A stretch of 64,000 nucleotides of DNA, from positions 150,104,001 through 150,168,000 of the forward strand of contig CM059432.1 of NCBI GenBank assembly GCA_030390025.1, given 5' to 3'. Below, piece by piece: positions 25,293 through 37,640 of this stretch (the stretch's first letter is position 1; each line of letters opens with the position of its first letter). The notes under the pieces are model-generated. The model was not told the DNA's origin. It searched no databases and saw only the letters and a list, made by a program, of their open reading frames with translations. The translations under genes and the position numbers were made by a program. Source of the DNA: Squalus acanthias. Its lineage: Eukaryota.

Positions 25293-25780
25293 TTAGTTTA
25301 AACCCCCCCCAACAGTACTAGCAAACCTCCCCGCAAGGATATTTGTCTCGCTCTGGTTCAGGTGCAAACCGTCCGACTTGTACAAGTCCCACCTTCCCCA
25401 GAAGTAGGCCCAGTGATCCAGGAAACTAAAACCCTCCCTCCTGCACCAACTCTTTAGCCACGCATTCATTTGTTCTATCCTCCTATTCCTATACTCACTA
25501 GCACGTGGCACTGGGAGTAATCCAGAGATTACAACCTTTGAGGTCCTGCTCTTTAATCTGCTGCCTAGCTCCTTAAATTCTTGATGCAGGACCTCATCCC
25601 CCTTCCTACCTATGTCGTTGGTCCCAATGTGAACCACGACCTCTGCCTGCTCACCCTCTCCCTTAAGAATGCCCTGTAGCCGCTCAGTGACATCCATGAC
25701 CCTGGCCCCAGGGAGGCAACAAACCATCCTGGAGTCACTTTTACGGCCACAGAAACGCCTATCTGTTCCCCTTACGATAG
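25293..25780 (-). pseudogene. CR1 ORF1 SGNH esterase domain (partial)
   Basis: SIVRG, CLPGA, VVVHIGTND and DGLHLN; ends GGLN*. Confidence 0.9.
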
Positions 25781-25932
25781 ATTGTGTCAGGAAGGGACAG
25801 AGCATACAAACAAAGGAGTGCACTAACAAATAGGGTCCGGGTGAGAAAAAATGGTCATAAGACAAATAGGGCCACAGTACAAAAAAATGTTAAGATGTCT
25901 AAAAATGTTAAAAAGACAAATCTAAAGGCATA

Positions 25933-26536
25933 GGGCTGGATTTTGATACTGGGGTGGGTTGGGGTCGTGTTATCCACCCGCCTGCAATTGGATGTGGGAG
26001 ATTGATGCAATTTTCACCTAATTGGGCAATTGAGTTCCAGCATGTGGGAACCCATGACCCAATTAGTGTTTTCAGTCTGAAAGTCGCCTCTGATGATGTC
26101 ATCATTACTGCTGCATTTCAGGTCTTCAGAGACTGCCTGGCCTTTGCTGTGAAAGGACCTGCAGGCAAAATGAACAGCAGGAGAGAGAGAGAGAGAGAGA
26201 GAGGCCACCCAGCCACTGATAGTCATCTATCCACATGTGCTCCCGCCAGGTTTCACAATCGTGGTTCAGAACAGGCGTGTTTCACCTAGAACAAGGGTTA
26301 AAATCACAAAGGCCTTTCAAAATGGCATTATGGAGCCAATTTAGTGCTTCTTAAGGGCCTTAACAGCCTATCCCGTCTCTTAAAGGCGGGACGGAGTCGG
26401 GACCAGCAGACACGATTTCATCAAAATTGCGTGGAGGCGGGATGGAGGCGGACTTGTGCCCGCCCGCCAGTTTTCGCAATTTTAACCCCCCACACACCTC
26501 CAAACCCGCCTCCACGGGTCAATGAAAATCCAGCCC
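25933..26536. mobile_element. Harbinger-type MITE (GGGCTGGATTTT family, opposite orientation)
   Basis: Same TIR; flanks ata/att; host reads LKALYLNA once the insert is removed. Confidence 0.9.
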
Positions 26537-27682
26537 ATTGTATCTGAATGCATGAAGCATTCGTAATAAGGTAGACGAATTAACAGTGCAAATAGATGTA
26601 AGCGGATACGATATAATTGCAATTATGGAGACATGGCTGCAGGGTAACCAAGGCTGGGAGCTGAATATCCAAGGATATTCGATATTTAGGAAGGACAGGC
26701 AAAGGGGAAAAGGAGGTGGGGTGGCCTTGTTAGTAAAGGATGAAATCAGAGCAATAGTGAGAAAGGATATTGGCTCAGAAAATCAAGATGTAGAATCAGT
26801 CTGGGTGGAGCTAAGAAGCACCGAGGGGCAGAAAACATTGGTGGGAGTTGTCTATAGGCCTCTAAACAGTAGTGATAATGTAGGGGATGGCATCAAACAG
26901 GAAATTAGAGATGCATGTAACAAGGGTACTACAGTAATCATGGGTGACTTTAATCTACATATAGACTGTGGAGGATGAATTCCTGGAGTGTGTACGAGAT
27001 GGTTTTTTAGACCAGTACGTTGAGGAGCCAACTAGGGAACAGGCTATCCTAGATTGGGTATTGTGCAATGAGATGGGGTTAATTAATAATCTTGTTGTGC
27101 GTGGTCCTTTAGGGAACAGTGACCATAACATGATAGAATTCTTCATTAAAATGGAAAGTGAAGAAGTCCAATCTGAAACTAGGGTCCTAAATCTAAACAA
27201 AGGAAACTACAAAGGTATGAAGAGGGAGTTGGCTATGATAGATTGGGGAGCTTCATTAAAAGGCATGACGGTGGATAGGCAATGACTAACATTTAAGGAA
27301 CGAATGCATGAATTGCAACAGTTATACATTCCTTTCTGGCGCAAAAGCACAAAAGGAAAAGTGGCCCAACCATGGCTAACAAAAGAATTAAGGATAGTAT
27401 TAGATCCAAAGAGGAGTCATATAAAGTTGCTAGAAAAAGTAGCAAGCCTAAGGATTGGGTGCAGTTTTGAGTTCAGCAAAAAAGGACCAAGAGATTGATT
27501 AAGAGTGGAAAAATAGAGTATGAGAGTAAACTTGCAAGGAACATTAAAGCGGATTGTAAAAGCTTCTACAAGTATGTAAAAAGAAAAAGATTAGTGAAGA
27601 CAAATGTAGGTCCCTTACAGTCAGAAACGGCAGAATTTATAATGGGGAACAAGGAAATACCGAGGAATTAAACAAATACTTT

Positions 27683-28133
27683 GGGCTGGATTTTCAATGA
27701 CCCGTGGAGTCGGGTTTGGAGGCGTGTGGGGGGTTAAAGTTGCAGATTCGGGGGTCCCGACCCCATCCTGCCTCCACGCAATTTTGATAAAATCGTGTGC
27801 GGTGTTCCCGACTCCGTCCCGCCTCCAAGAGGCGGGAGAGGCCATTAAAGCCCTTAACAAGCCCTAAATTGGCTCTGTAATGTCATTTTGAAACGTTTTA
27901 GCTAGTTTAACCTTTTTCCGACGTGAAGCTCGCCTGATGTGAAACACGCCAGTGAAACCTGGCGGGAGCACAAGTGGATAGCTGACTATCAGCTGCAGGT
28001 CCACTATTACAACGGAGATGTGATGAAGGTAGTAGTAGTATTAGGTCTGAAAGTTGCCTCTGATGCTGCTGCATTGAATGTCTTCAGAGACTGCCTGGCC
28101 TTTGCTGTGAGAGGACCTGGATGCAAAAAAAAT

Positions 28134-28165
<32 letters not shown>

Positions 28166-28417
28166 GCATCCAGGTCCTCTCACACCAAAAGCCAGACAGT
28201 CTCTGACCTGACCTGCAATGCTGCAGCAATGATGACATCATCAGAGGCAACTTTCAGACTGAAACCACTAATTAGTTCATGGGTTCCCACATGCTGGAAC
28301 TCAATTGCCCAATTAAGTGAAAATTGCATCAATCTCCCACATCCAAATGCAGTCGGGTGGATAACACAAAATGCGGATGACACGACCCCAACCCACCCCA
28401 GTATCAAAATCCAGCCC
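27683..28417. mobile_element. Harbinger-type MITE (GGGCTGGATTTT family), TSD TTT
   Basis: Same TIR; close match to 11547-12279; host reads NKYFGSV once the insert is removed. Confidence 0.92.
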
Positions 28418-30384
28418 TTTGGTTCTGTCTTCACGGAAGAGGACACAAATAACTTCCCAGAAATGCTAGGGAACCAAGGGTCTAGTGAGAAGGAGGAATT
28501 AAAGGAAATTAGTATTAGTAAAAAAATAGTACTGGCGAAATTAATGGGACTGAAAGCTGATAAATCCTCAGGGCCTGATAATCTGCATCCCAGAGCACTA
28601 AAAGAGGTAGCCATGGAAATAGTGGATGCATTGGTTGTCATCTTTCAAAATTCTATAGATTATGGAACAGTTCCTGCAGATTGGAGGGTGGCAAATGTAA
28701 CCCCACTATTTAAAAAAGGAGGGAGAGAGAAAACAGGGAACTACAGACCGGTTAGCCTAACATCAGTAGTAGGGAAAATGCTAGAGTCTATTATAAAGGA
28801 TGTGATAACAGGACACTTAGAAAATATCAACGGGATTAGACAAAGTCAACATGGATTTATGAAAGGGAAATCGTGTTTGACAAACCTACTGGAGTTTTTT
28901 GAGGATGTAACTGGTAGAATAGATAAGGGAGAACCAGTGGATGTGGTGTATTTGGATTTTCAGAAGGCCTTTGATAAAGTCCCACATAAGAGGTTAGTGT
29001 GCAAAATTAAAGCACATGGTATTGGGGGTAATATACTGGCATGGATTGAAAATTGGTTAACAGACTGGAAACAGAGAGTAGGAATAAATGGGTCTTTTTT
29101 GGGATGGCAGGCGGTGACTAGTGGGGTACCGCAGGGATCAGTGCTTGGGCCCCAGCTATTCACAATATATATCAATGATTTGGATGAGAGAACCAAATGT
29201 AATATTTCCAAGTTTGCTGACAACATGAAACTAGGTGGGATTGTGAGTTGTGAGGAGGATGCAAAGAGGCTTCAAGGCGATTTAGACAAGTTGAGTGAGT
29301 GGGCAAATACATGGCAGATGCAGTATAACGTGGATAAATGTGAAGTTATCCACTTCGGTAGGAAAAACAGAAAGGCAGAGTATTATTTAAATGGTGGTAG
29401 ATTGGGAATTGTTGATGTACAAAGGGACCTGGGTGTCCTTGTATACTAGTCACTGAAAGCAAACATGCAGGTGCAGCAAGCAGTTAGGAAGGCAAATGGT
29501 ATGTTGGCCTTCATTGCAAGAGGATTTGAGTACAGGAGCAAGGATGTCTTACTAAAGTTGTACAGGGCCTTGGTGAGACCACACCTGGAGTACTGTGTGC
29601 AGTTTTGGTCTCCTTACCTAAGAAAGGATATACTTGCCATAGAGGGAGTGCAGCGAAGGTTCACCAGACTGATTCCTGGGATGGCAGGACTGTCGTATGA
29701 GGAGAGATTGGTCGACTAGGCCTGTATTCACTAGAGTTTAGAAGAATGAGAGGGGATCTCATTGAAATGTATAAAATTCTGACAGGGCTAGACAGACTGG
29801 ATGCAGGGAGGATGTTTCCCCTGGCTGGAGGGTCTAGAACGAGGGGTCACAGTCTCAGGATACGGGGTAGGACATTTAGGACTGAGATGAGGAGAAATGT
29901 CTTCACTCAGAGGGTGGTGAACCTGTGGAATTCTCTACCACAGAAGGCTGTGGAGGCCAAGTCACTGAATATATTTAAGAAGGAGATAGATAGATTTCTA
30001 GACACAAAAGGCGTCAAGGGGTATGAGGAGAGAGCGGGAATATGGTATTGAGATAGAGGATCAGCCATGATCATATTGAATGGCAGAGCAGGCTCGAAGG
30101 GCCGAATGGCCGACTCCTGCTCCAGTTTTTCTATGTTTCTATGAAGCTGTAGCTATAATACTGAGACAAGGGGAGGCTGCCTATCACCTTGGCTTGGAAA
30201 TGATATACGAGCCCAGAAGGGAGAACAGTATAGCACTGGACAGGACATGAAACATTAAACAAATCCATTACATTATTAATAGTAATACAATAAAACTTCA
30301 AACTACAACCAGTCTATTAACTGATCTATCACAATAATATTGTATTTTTTAAATTACTATCTGGGGAGGGAGGAAAGCCAAGAT

Positions 30385-31160
30385 ATTACAATCAGTTGTC
30401 TTTATGAAAGTGCCTTTAATGTAGAAAAGCATCCCAAGATGCTTCACAAGAAAATGGACATGGAGATTTCCGGAAAGGTGACTGAAAACGTGGTCAAAGA
30501 GATGGGTTTTAAGGAGGTTCTTAAAAGACAAGAGGGAGATGAAGAGGCGGAGAGATTTAGGGAGAGAATTCCAAACAGTGAAACCCAGGCAGCTGAAGGC
30601 ATGAATGCCAATGGTGAGCCCAAGGGGGAATGCAGAAGAGGCCAGAGTCAGAAGAATGGAGAGTTGGAAGAGGTTATGGAGATTGGGTGGAGTGGGGGGA
30701 GCAAGACCCTAGAGGGATTTAAAGACAAGGATAAGAATTTTTAATTGGCAATGTTGGGGAACATGGAGCCAACATAGGTCACTGAATGCGGGGGTGATGG
30801 GCAAGTAGAGTTTGATGTGCGCTAGGATAAGAGAAACAGAATTTTGAATGAGCTGACGTTTATGGAGGGTGGATGATGGGAGGCTGGCCATAGGAGCATT
30901 GGAGTAATTGAACCTAGAGGTGAAAAAGACATGAATGAGGGTTTCAGCAGCAAATTGGCTGAGGTCGGGCAGAGGGAGGTCATGTTGCAGAGGTGGAAGA
31001 GGTCTTTATGTTGCTGAGGATATCAGAAATTTGGCTTGGGATTGAACAGGAGGCAAAGTGATTTAGGTAGGGCATTGCAGAACATGGGTCCTAGGCAGCT
31101 GAAGTCTTGGCTGCTAATGGTGGGGTGAAGAGAGGGGGTGCCCAAGAGGCCACGGTCAGA
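30385..31160 (-). mobile_element. L2 LINE 3' fragment(s)
   Basis: QLIQNS..ILAHIK..PITPAFSDLCWLHV..KILILVFKSL is the typical L2 ORF2 C-terminus. Confidence 0.8.
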
Positions 31161-31189
31161 GGAACACAAAGTTTTGGGGGGCTTGTGTG

Positions 31190-32460
31190 GTTGGAGTTTG
31201 TTGCAGATTGGGTGATTGTTTTGTGGAACACCTCCGTTCAGTCCACAAGTGTGACCCTGAGCTTCCAGTAGCCTATCATTTTAATTCTCCGCCCCACTCC
31301 CACTCTGACCTTTCTTTCCTTGGTCTCCTACATTGGTCTAATGAAGCTGAACGGAAGCTTGAGGAATAACACCTCATCTTTCGATTAGACACTTCTGGAC
31401 TCAACCTTGAGTTCAACAATTTCAGATCATAACCACGGCTCCCATTTTTCAGACAGCAGCTGTTGCTGATGATTCTGCTGTTGCCATTTTTCCTCCTCTG
31501 GACCCATCTTTTGTTTTTTTACTTGTCCCATTACTATCCACTTTTGCCTTGCAACATCATCCCTTTTGTCATTTAACCTCTCCTGCCTCCCTATCACAGA
31601 ACTTCCCTTTGTTCTTTCCTTGCCCCCCACCCTTTCCCTGCCTCTGTACTTGTTTAAAACCTGTTACAGCTCTAACTTTTTCCAGTTCTGATGAAAGGTC
31701 ATCGATCTGATACATTAAATTGGGGGAAAATTGGGTTGGTTTGCGCCTCTCGTTAGCGCCCCCAGGGGGTGCTAACGGGGCACAAATCCCCTAGTGCCCG
31801 GGCGCGGTGCCGCTAATGCCTCCCGTGAAATTCAGCGGGAGGTTAGCGGCGGTGGTACCTGGTAGCGCCCTGCGTCACTGCGCCACCGGCGATGATGTCA
31901 TCACCGTGCACAGCGCCCCATTTGCGCCCCGGCTGCAAACTTTCCTCGTGCTCCCCGACCTATCACCGGACGATATGTGCGACAGGATCAGGGGGCGGTT
32001 TGGCAGCGGCGGCGGCGCAAGTTAAAGGGCAGGTATTGGGCGGCCATTTTTATTTTGGCCGACTGCCTGCACCTGCCCCCTTTCGCTTTTGTATGCGGGG
32101 TGCCGGCCGCGATCGCTCAGTCCGGCGCTCCTCTTGAGTGCCGGGCTGTTTCCACGGCACCCCACTCCCTGGTGGTCCGGCAGGGCCCCGGTGCGCGCAG
32201 CGCTAGGCCCCTCCCCTTTAATCAGGGGAGGAGGCATGCAATGACGCGGCGCTACGTGCCCCCGCGCATGGCGCAGCCGCACATAGAGCCGCAAAATTCA
32301 GTAGTAGCGCCCCACCTCCTGCTTGGAGCGCTACTACTGAATTTACGGTGGGGGCGATGTTAGAGCCCCAAAATGGACGCCACCCAATTTTTCGCCCAAA
32401 CTCTTTCTCTCTCTCTCTCTCCAGGGATGCTGCCTGACCTGCTGAGTATTTCCAGCATTA
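31190..32460 (+). mobile_element. Penelope-like element family 2, 3' end (GIY-YIG C-terminus plus terminal repeat)
   Basis: RLGDCFVEHLRSV..LPVAYHFNS..HSHSDL..RKLEE*HLIFRL; decayed hammerhead near 31684-31720; interrupted by a MITE. Confidence 0.75.
31721..32397. mobile_element. Harbinger-type MITE related to the 16884 element
   Basis: Ends tgggggaaaattggg / cccaatttttcgccc; left end resembles 16884-16960; TAGCGCC motifs; TSD not clear. Confidence 0.75.
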
Positions 32461-32491
<31 letters not shown>

Positions 32492-32498
32492 CTCTCTA

Positions 32499-32533
<35 letters not shown>

Positions 32534-32596
32534 GTCTGTCTATCTATCTCTCTCTATCTCTCTATCTCTCTCTCTCTCTCTCTCTTTATCTCTCTA

Positions 32597-32639
<43 letters not shown>

Positions 32640-32657
32640 ATCTCTCTATCTATCTCG

Positions 32658-32703
<46 letters not shown>

Positions 32704-32798
32704 ATCTCTCTCTATCTCTCTATCTCTCTATTTCTCTATCTCTCTCTCTATCTATCTCGCTCTCTATCTCTCTCTCTATCTCTCTCTCTCTATGTCTC

Positions 32799-32835
<37 letters not shown>

Positions 32836-32890
32836 ATCTCTCTATCTATCTCGCTCTATCACTCTCTCTATCTCTCTATCTCTCTCTCTA

Positions 32891-32924
<34 letters not shown>

Positions 32925-33005
32925 GCTCTCTATCTCTCTCTCTATCTCTCTCTCTATCTTGCTCTCTATCTCTCTCTCTATCTCTCTATCTCTCTCTCTA
33001 TCTCG

Positions 33006-33073
<68 letters not shown>

Positions 33074-33235
33074 ATCTCTATCTATCTATCTCTCTCTCTC
33101 TATCTCTCTCTCTCTATCTGTCTCTCTCTATCTCTATCTCTCGCTCTCTATCTCTCTCTCTATCTCTCTCTCTATCTCGCTCTCTATCTCTCTCTCTATC
33201 TCTCTATCTCTCTCTCTATCTCTCTCTCTATCTCG

Positions 33236-33313
<78 letters not shown>

Positions 33314-33318
33314 CTCTA

Positions 33319-33357
<39 letters not shown>

Positions 33358-33365
33358 ATCTATCT
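32460..33365. repeat. Long (TC)n/(TCTA)n compound microsatellite
   Basis: About 900 bp of tc/tcta/tcgc units. Confidence 0.98.
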
Positions 33366-34154
33366 AATACATTAAAGATCTTGCAAATAGTGTGTACTTT
33401 CAGCAGCACTTTTCTGTCACCCTTTCAGTCACTCAGTCATAGTCCAATTTATTTTCATCAAGGCCACCTCTTACCACCATGATTGGGTCATTCGACGAAC
33501 ATAATGTACTTGACCGGGGCAATTCTTACAATGAGGATAGTGAACACATTATACATCCTGTACTTGGCTTTCCTTCTTACAGATGCGAAAAATCTGAAAT
33601 GACTGTGTGTTCATGCTGCTTTTTTCTCACTATTTCCACAATGTCTTCAATAGTTTAATTGTCCTGTCAATCAAGCAAACCCAGGATTATCATCTGCAAC
33701 CTGGCCTGTAAGTGAAGTCGCCGTTCATTTCAACAAATGCAGACAAATTACGCTTTCTAGTCTTAAAGGAACACATGCTCGAACTGGTCCTGAGCAACAC
33801 GAGAGAATTCATTAATATATATATTATGTATTAAAACAATGCAAGCGTGTGCATTTTCCCATCATATTATGTTACAGATGCAAAGCAATCTTGGCAATAA
33901 AAAGAAAGCCAGTCATTTAATGCTGGGTGCTTCTGACTTGAAGTTTGAAATTAGCAGGCACTTTTTAACTTCCACAGTGCACTCATCGAACAACAATTAA
34001 ACTCTGATTGAACTGAAGCCGCCTTTATTTTATAACAGTTAGACTCTGTGACCTTAAAGGCTCACAGCCTCATCATAGCAGAGGAATAATACATTGCACA
34101 TTACACAGCATCCATAAAGAACACCATGGGAGTTCCACCCTGTATATACATATC

Positions 34155-34392
34155 TTAACCTCTCCTGCCTTCCAGCCTATCACAGACCTTCCCTTTTGTC
34201 CTGTCCTCCCCTCCCCCCTTTCCCTGCCCCTGCACTTGCTTAAAAACCTTTCCATCTCCAGCTTTTTCCAGTTCTGACAAAGGGTCATCGACCTGAAACG
34301 TTAACTCTGTTTCTCTCTCCACAGATGCTGCCTGACCTGCTGAGCGTTTCCAGCATATTTCAGATTTCCAGCATCCGCAGTATTTTGCTTTT
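34155..34392 (+). mobile_element. Penelope family 2 terminal fragment with a mutated hammerhead motif
   Basis: Matches 31575-31720 and 32400-32460; agtt-CTGACAA-agggtcatcgacct-GAAACGTT-aact. Confidence 0.7.
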
Positions 34393-35891
34393 GTATATAT
34401 ATGTCTTGCATCAAATTCTGTGTACATCACACCCCAGATGTCACAAAATGTCACACTTTATTACAGATGCACAACAATCATTGCTTGTTATCATTGATCT
34501 GTAGCCTCGAATGCACAAGAAGCTTCCACTCTGCAAACTTTCTTCACTAAAGAATGTGTGCTTACTTCACAGCAATTAGACGCTGTGGCCTTAAAGGGAA
34601 GTAGCTGTACCATAGCAGCAGAATAATACAGTTCACTCGACATGGGCACGAAGCCGGCAGAGCGACCGTCACCCGCCCGAAGCCAGCATCGGGAGAGCAG
34701 AAGCATTTTCAGATTCGGGCCTCACTTGAATGTTGTTAGCAAACTGTGGGCACCAAGTGGCTGCCCCACTGCAGGTCACTGGTTGTGGGAGTGTGGGAAA
34801 TTGGCCAGCACCCATGATCAGCTGGCTGGCAGGCTGGGCCTGTGGGGAAGGCAGGTGGGGGGGGGGGTGGTGGTGGTTGGATCCAATCCCAGCTGGGGTC
34901 GAGCATGGGGTGACAGTGGCCCACAGTATTTATGTGGAGCCATGAGAAACACTGCTACGCATTCTGACCCCACAACAATTTGACCAAAGGACCGTTGGTT
35001 AGGCCACACAACGCCGGGTACAAATGGGCGGAAGCTGTGCATGGTCCGCTCAGTTTTAATCTGAACACTGCAAATGGGGTCCTACTATCAGCGTCGTACC
35101 CTGAGTTGCATATTCAAGCAGCCCCCCACCAGAAACAGGCAGGTATGCTACCCATGCCTGGATTAAATACTGTATGGGACCAAGCTTTTATGTGGATTTA
35201 TTAATCTGTTTAATAAGTGGAGAGGGAGTGAGTGTTTTTTAAATTTATGTATTTGAGGAGTGACTGCAGAGTATCTGTGTTTCATTGTCAGGTACGTTAC
35301 TGAGTAAGTCTCCCCTATGTTGCCTTTTATCCAGAATAAGATTGAATGCTTAGAATGTGCAGAATATAGGGGTATGTTTTCAACTCTGCCCTTCTGGCAA
35401 GGAGCCTTGCCCACTGTGAATGTCTATCAGAAATTTGGGTGCATTTCGTGCATCGATCTTATTTGTCTGCTGGGAACTCTGCAGCCTTTGGTCAAGCGTT
35501 GAGTTTAGTAACTTCAACCCTTGACTCTTTGCAGCAATGGGTGCTGGCAATTTGGGGATGGGTCTATTGGTATCCAAGGAGAAAGGCAGACGGATTGGCA
35601 TTTGGGATGGGAAGCTTTCATTGGAGCAGAGTGCTGGCGAAGTCTGTGCTCGTGGTGTTGTCCTGTTTTTCCTCCTTTTGGGACTGGCAATGTGTCACCA
35701 GTTTTTTCTGTTTTATTTCAGAGCTGTTGCACGTACCATGCTTTCAATTGTGACAGACCTGCTAGACACGGGACTTCAATATCTGTGGAGCGACTGAATG
35801 ACACCCAAATACACCAACAGAAATCTTCTTTTTGAATACAAGCATATGGGAAACTAACAAGACTCAAAGTCCAACCAGTTTATATCTTTTA

Positions 35892-36089
35892 AGAAGTCGC
35901 ACAACACCAGGTTATAGTCCAACAGTTTTACTTTGAAATCACAAGCTTTCGGAGCGGCTGCTCCTTCGTCAGGTAAAGGGGCAGCGCTCCGAAAGCTTGT
36001 GATTTCAAATAAAACTGTTGGACTATAACCTGGTGTTGTGCGACTTCTCACTTTTGTCCACCCCAGTCCAACACCGGCATCTCCACATC
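35892..36089. mobile_element. Short fold-back (inverted) Neptune terminus
   Basis: About 80-bp inverted arms matching the Neptune pLTR end, plus the tail extension found upstream of the ORF; hammerhead on the minus strand at about 35938-35977. Confidence 0.85.
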
Positions 36090-37269
36090 ATATCTTTTAA
36101 GAGATCAGGGAGTATTCAAAGAGCAAAGATGCGGATTGCAGGGAATTTTTTCAAGTGCACTCTCAGGGTACAGAGCCTCTCTCTCTGGATGTGCATATCA
36201 AGAAACTTCACGTGTGCATGTGCCCCTTGAAATTATATTCCTTTACAATCGTGCACTTTGTTAATTTTTGCCACTTCTGATCTTTGGGGAATGTGTGTTA
36301 TTGTTGCTGTGTGAACTGTACATTTTCAGTGCTACTCTTATTGTCTTTGCTAAATAATTATGGGAATAGGAATCAAACTCTTGACACTCGGTGTATGGGT
36401 GATTTGGTGTACATCACCCGCCCCCCTCGGTCCTGTTCTGGGTTTGTCCACAAAACTCTGACTGAGCCTCAGAGCAGATCTTGTACCGATGGGCTGGATT
36501 GGGAATTGATTCTCCTCTCAGCCAGGGCGCTGCTGCTTCTCAGTTTCATTCTGCATTCGACAAGGCACCAATATTCATGGGTACCTGAATCGCACTGCAC
36601 TTTGACACGAGGATATTTTGTTCATTTGAAAGCTTGCAGTGCGCCTTTGTAAGGAAATGCAATTTTCTCCATCAAAATATTAGCATATGTATCAAGAGGC
36701 TGTATTGGAGCTTCCCAACCTTTTCTTTATAAAGAAAAAGAGCTTACCATATATTCTTTAAAAAATATAGTTATTCCTTACTGTACTTCCCTGTATTGTC
36801 TCTGACAATTGGCAGCCCTCCATACTACTGAGGGATTTTAATAAGAAGCAGCTCAGGGACAAACAGCAGCATTGTACGATGTGAGTGGAACCAGCAGTGG
36901 TAATCCAAACCCAGTAATAAGGTTTTAATGATGCAGCAGCTGGACTGTCAATTAGCATTGCCATTTTCATTTGGATTGGGGTGAAAGCTATCTGCTTTCA
37001 CAGGGCTACTGTAGTGACCTCTCTCTCACCCCTGTGCATATTGTGCCTGAAGCACAGTCCATGCCCAACCATCCGCAAAAACATATTCATGCTGTACTTT
37101 GATAAACCTTAAATCCTGGTAAAAAGTATGACCGGTTGTTTGGAATTTCTATCCAACACGCATAAAGATGTTGAGTATGCTAATCTTGTAGCGCAGTTCA
37201 CTCAACCAATATTTCAACAATCTAATCTCGACAAAAACAATGGAAAACACATCACCCTTGCTTCCACGT

Positions 37270-37640
37270 AAGTTTGGCTCAATGATAGCACTTGTATGTC
37301 TGAGGCAGAAGATCCACTGGCACCTCAGTGCAGTACTGAAGGACTACTGCCTTGTCAGAGGCGCGACCTTATGGAAGAGACTTTAAACCAAGCTCCCAAC
37401 AGCTTCATCAGGTGGATGTAAAAGATTTCAATGCACTACTTGAAGAAGAGCAGAGAGTTCTCCCAGTGTCCTGTGCCGATAACCAGAACAGATTAACTGG
37501 TCATTTACCTCTTTACTGTTTGTGGAGTCTTGCTGTGCTTGCCTACATTACAATGGTGACTGCACTTTAAAAATGTAATTCATTGGCTGTGTATTGATTC
37601 GGATGTCCTGAGGATGTGAAAGGCACTCTATAAATATGTG
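37270..37640 (+). mobile_element. Decayed SacSINE1-like SINE
   Basis: tggctcaatgatagcac head, gtaaaagatttc..gaagaagagcagagag core and gaaaggcactctata tail. Confidence 0.7.

Larger units (their letters stand above)
21138..25780 (-). mobile_element. CR1 LINE (5'-truncated in ORF1), interrupted by a Penelope insert, with the Harbinger inserted in its tail
   Basis: Partial esterase ORF1, near-complete ORF2, 3' UTR and (atgactct)-type tail; the tail continues at about 16875-16883. Confidence 0.95.
25781..30143 (+). mobile_element. CR1 LINE (decayed ORF2) carrying two MITE insertions
   Basis: APE and RT fragments in ORFs 26586-30051; (tttctatg) tail. Confidence 0.92.

Noticed and set aside
25770..25800. 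Twin-priming inversion at the head-to-head CR1 junction
   Set aside because: The two sides belong to different CR1 families, each with its own ORF2 and tail.
28121..29449. 442-aa novel fusion protein
   Set aside because: A chance ATG in a MITE reads into CR1 RT; the catalytic FADD is mutated to FADN and the ORF ends at a premature stop.
32373..33482. 369-aa Ser/Leu-rich ORF
   Set aside because: Translation of a (TC)n/(TCTA)n microsatellite.
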